From: a virus
Direction: 5' to 3' (one strand)
IMG/VR virus record: IMGVR_UViG_3300045988_101018
Span: 1 to 64,000 of that record
Length of the DNA: 64,000 nucleotides
Shown here piece by piece: positions 61,170-64,000 of the stretch. The position numbers and the translations under genes were made by a program. The notes under the pieces were generated by a model. That model had not been told where the DNA came from, did not search any database, and saw only the letters and a list, made by a program, of their open reading frames with translations. The first letter of the stretch is position 1, and each line of letters begins with the position of its first letter.

Positions 61170-61504
61170 AGAGCGAATGGAAAGTCCTCAAGGGCAACAT
61201 CGGCTCCAACCATCTGGCGTACAAAATCTGCAATGGCATCTGCTATCTGAGCATCGATTGCGGCGGAGACTGGAGCATCAAGGCCAACGCGAAGTCCACT
61301 GTTGACATCATTACCATGCCAGACGAAGCATTGCCATCCACGTGGATTGTTTCAGCTGCTTGTTACCCAAAGGGCGGCAATTCAGACTTCGTTTGCGGTG
61401 TGACATTAAACAGGAAGACTAAGAAGCTATCCGTATGCAACTACTCGAACACGGCAACCAACTACTATTCCGTCACTTTCTGCTATCCAGTCAAAAATTA
61501 GCAG
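61160..61504 (+). other. Silent cassette p2 (SVSQSEWKVLKGNIG...CYPVKN*)
   Basis: Reads rightwards from the rightward-facing half of site F. Confidence 0.6.
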
Positions 61505-61779
61505 TTATATGACATTCTTTTTGTATAGAATTACGAATGTAATTTTAAAATCATGCCATGTGCCTTTGTTTGTTACCTCGTTATTTTGAATGCTTGCATA
61601 TGCAGTGTCGTTATCGCGCAGACCAAATTGCGTGATAATACATGAACCTGTGTGGTTTGACTTCACCGTGGTAAGGCATACAGGCGTATAGCCATCGTAT
61701 TTCACGCTGGTGTCAAAGTCGGCAACCGCGCCATACCTTAATGATTTGGCGGCAGACGTGAAGCTCTTTGTCGTGTACT
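61505..61779 (-). other. Silent cassette m6 (HSVSQYTTKSFTSAAK...KKNVI*)
   Basis: Reads leftwards from site G. Confidence 0.6.
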
Positions 61780-61795
61780 GGGATACGGAATGCTA
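61780..61795 (-). repeat. Site G, GGGATACGGAATgcta
   Basis: Read directly. Confidence 0.8.
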
Positions 61796-61797
61796 TG

Positions 61798-62090
61798 TTA
61801 AAAAATAACAAAGGTTGCCCTTACGCTTCTGTTGCCAGACTGTAAATATAAATATCCATTTTGATAATAGGCAGTTGCGTGTAGGCTTATGTCAGAAACA
61901 TAATAGCAATCTACACAATCGTCAGGCCGTGTATTATTTTTAATAAAATGAGATATGGGAAACACTGTAGAACATAGCGGTCTATTATTGTAAACGCATA
62001 TTAAACAACCCATTTTTGTTGTGGGTAAATTGACTTTAAATGATTCGTATGAAGTAGAACCGCTTGTTTTTGCCACCTCTACAGGAGCTT
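61798..62090 (-). other. Silent cassette m7 (DSVSQAPVEVAKTSGS...FVIF*)
   Basis: Reads leftwards from site H. Confidence 0.6.
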
Positions 62091-62108
62091 GGGATACGGA
62101 ATCCCCAG
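62091..62108 (-). repeat. Site H, GGGATACGGAATccccag, 6 nt from the recombinase stop codon
   Basis: Read directly. Confidence 0.8.
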
Positions 62109-63005
62109 TTAGCTTATAGCCCTTATTTTAGACTTTCTAGCTTTGTCGAATATCAGCTTCTCAACAGCCGCCTGAGCTTCTTGGCAGATTGTTTTACGAG
62201 GAACGATATAGTGATTATATGCTGTGCTAATCTCTGTATGACCAAGCATCATGGCAACGGTTTCGATGCCAACTCCTGCTTCAATTGCAAGTGTAGCCCA
62301 TGTATGACGCATGTTAGTCATAGATACATATGGTACACCCATCTTCTTACACTGTGACTTGATAGCACGAGCTGCTTTATCGGGAGATACATCACCGATA
62401 AGAAGCCCATGTCCTTTAATCTGCTTTAGGCGCTGACGTGCAAACTTAGGTAGATAGCAAGACCTAGTAGACTTTTCTGTCTTAGTTTTTACTGTGATGA
62501 TTTGACCGTTCACATATTGGCGCGACTTGCTAATACGCACCTCGCCAGTCTTAAGATTGATATCAGACCATTCGAGAGCGCAAGCTTCGCCACGGCGCAA
62601 ACCAAGAGTTACAGCACAGATAGTTACGGCTTCAGCCCAATGACCCCACATGCCGCGAAGCATCTCTGATACCTCTTGTGCGTCTAAAACATCTGGGCGA
62701 TAAGGCTTGGGGTGGTTTACTTCTATGTATGCGGTTGGATCGATAATATGTAGGCGCTTCTTGCGAATCCACCAACGGATGATTTGGCGAATACATTTAA
62801 ACGCTTTCTCTCCTGCGCCAGCTTTTTCAAATGAGTCTACCCACTCCTGCAAATCATCAGGGCAGATATCTTCAATCTCACATTCGCCCCATCGCGGAAG
62901 TACATGAAGACGCATTGATGAGTCGTATCCAGCTATGGTGGATGCCGCCATCTTCTGTGTTTTCTCGGGTAGATAATGCTGTTCATAGATGTCGATAAGT
63001 TTCAT
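62109..63005 (-). CDS. Shufflon-associated tyrosine recombinase (Rci/XerC-like)
   Basis: 'LRRGEACAL' (box I Arg), 'MRHTWAT' (HxxR), 'LGHTEISTAYNHY' (H...Y). RBS AAAGGA. Lies at the end of the repeat array. Confidence 0.7.
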   Translation of the reverse strand: MKLIDIYEQHYLPEKTQKMAASTIAGYDSSMRLHVLPRWGECEIEDICPDDLQEWVDSFEKAGAGEKAFKCIRQIIRWWIRKKRLHIIDPTAYIEVNHPKPYRPDVLDAQEVSEMLRGMWGHWAEAVTICAVTLGLRRGEACALEWSDINLKTGEVRISKSRQYVNGQIITVKTKTEKSTRSCYLPKFARQRLKQIKGHGLLIGDVSPDKAARAIKSQCKKMGVPYVSMTNMRHTWATLAIEAGVGIETVAMMLGHTEISTAYNHYIVPRKTICQEAQAAVEKLIFDKARKSKIRAIS

Positions 63006-63023
63006 TTTTTAAATCCTTTCATT

Positions 63024-63082
63024 GAAAAAATCCCACGCAATTTAACTCGAAATGAGTATATAACTTGCGTGGGATTTTTTCA
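63024..63082. promoter_or_regulatory. Perfect 18-bp inverted repeat TGAAAAAATCCCACGCAA / TTGCGTGGGATTTTTTCA with a 23-nt loop, in the divergent promoter region between the recombinase gene and the downstream gene
   Basis: Read directly. Confidence 0.5.
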
Positions 63083-63205
63083 ATGGTGCATATAAATTTA
63101 TTTATATATAAATTAAAAGTTCTACAATTTTGAATATTAGAAAACACATTTTATGTTACAATATTAACCATATTTATAAACTCTAATGACCAAGGAGGTA
63201 TGTCT

Positions 63206-64000
63206 ATGTACGAAGTGCCTTGTTTAAATCTTAACGGAGACACAATTAATAGATTCTATCAATGGGACATAGACCAGAAGATAGTTATCGACCTTAATGG
63301 ATGCGATGAGAGATATCTTCAGAATCCACCTGAAGTACATTTCTCTAATTCAAGTAGGAAAGAAGCGTTGGTTGTTCGCTCTACTGTAAAATATAGTGGT
63401 GATGATGTAGCTGTTCAAGATGACAGTGTGGCAACAATGCACGCAGGAGATATCATTATTGCCGATATTCCTAATATTCTATTGCAGGAGCCTTATCCTC
63501 TACTTGTCTATGTATATTTAACTGACGCAGATGATTCGTCTTCTCAGAAAACAATTCTATATAGTGAGATCCCTGTTCGTAAACGTGCAAAGCCAAGCGA
63601 TTATCTCTACGTTGAGAATATTACTCGCATTACTGCCGAGATGATTAAAAAAGAAATTGAATCTAGCACCGAGACGGCTAGAACAAATGCCATTAACGAG
63701 ATTAATAACGTTAAAACAGAGTCTATAGCTACTGTTACAGATACAAGAGATGCTGCTGTAAATACCATAACACAGACTAAGACAAACGCCGTTAGCACTG
63801 TTGATGAAGCCAAAGAAGGCTTTATCACCACTGGCAACGCCCTTGTTAATACCGCCACTGAGATTAAGAATAATACTCAGAAGACATATGATAATGCCGT
63901 TTCTGTTGCAAATAAGACTCAGCAGACTATTGAGACAAACATAAACACGCTCATCACAAAGAACGGCGTGTATCTTAAGACTGTTAACGATGGAAGCGGC
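63206..64000 (+). CDS. Fibre or structural protein, 5' partial (runs off the window)
   Basis: RBS AAGGAGG. Open to the window end. Thr/Asn-rich helical repeats typical of fibres. Confidence 0.4.
   Translation, partial: MYEVPCLNLNGDTINRFYQWDIDQKIVIDLNGCDERYLQNPPEVHFSNSSRKEALVVRSTVKYSGDDVAVQDDSVATMHAGDIIIADIPNILLQEPYPLLVYVYLTDADDSSSQKTILYSEIPVRKRAKPSDYLYVENITRITAEMIKKEIESSTETARTNAINEINNVKTESIATVTDTRDAAVNTITQTKTNAVSTVDEAKEGFITTGNALVNTATEIKNNTQKTYDNAVSVANKTQQTIETNINTLITKNGVYLKTVNDGSG

Noticed and set aside
58473-62102. Regularly spaced short repeats that could be mistaken for a CRISPR array
   Set aside because: The 'spacers' are 250 to 1000 bp long and are in-frame coding cassettes. The repeats occur in both orientations and there are no cas genes. 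The pattern fits recombination sites.
57826-62108. Diversity-generating retroelement (DGR) as the mechanism for fibre variation
   Set aside because: There is no reverse transcriptase and no template-repeat and variable-repeat pair. The cassettes are unrelated in sequence rather than showing adenine-specific variation.
62064-62357. Plus-strand 97-aa ORF overlapping the recombinase gene
   Set aside because: It is antisense to a well-supported recombinase and has no RBS.

Overview
The whole 64-kb window looks like one tailed, siphovirus-like (pro)phage of a low-GC Gram-positive (Firmicutes-type) host. GGAGG-type ribosome-binding sites are used throughout and GC content is roughly 37%.

Gene order:
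- 1..1340: a 1.3-kb non-coding control region with iteron-like direct repeats and four palindromic operators.
- 1360..8412: an early module with a DNA-binding regulator or initiator, a 966-aa protein carrying a DxDGD motif, an HU-like protein and a metallophosphoesterase.
- 8424..11490: a terminase large-subunit gene that appears to be split by a group I intron carrying an HNH homing endonuclease.
- 11528..23412: portal, scaffold, capsid, head-tail and tail-tube genes.
- 23456..25134: a free-standing GIY-YIG endonuclease plus a tyrosine recombinase.
- 25229..35365: a 3383-aa tape-measure protein.
- 35805..39979: distal tail protein (Dit) and tail-associated lysin (Tal).
- 39997..42456: a lysis cassette.
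- 43982..57627: a 2381-aa multi-domain fibre, several paralogous fibres, and a protein with Listeria-Bacteroides-type repeats.

The most striking element is a multi-site shufflon of about 4.3 kb at 57826..62108. A short tail-fibre-like gene (57675..58118) carries a conserved 12-bp crossover sequence (GGGATACGGAAT on one strand, ATTCCGTATCCC on the other) inside its reading frame. Twelve silent alternative C-terminal cassettes lie downstream, each beginning at a copy of the same repeat in either orientation and in the same reading frame, so each would start with the residues S-V-S-Q. The array ends 6 nt from a 298-aa tyrosine recombinase of the Rci or Xer type. I call this a 13-cassette, tyrosine-recombinase-driven receptor-binding-protein shufflon.

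Other notable items:
- the intron-split terminase
- the giant tape-measure protein with an internal tandem-repeat array
- an A14 tract just upstream of the repeat-protein gene
- two distinct tyrosine recombinases

All functional calls rest on motifs I can read in the translations. No database searches were run.
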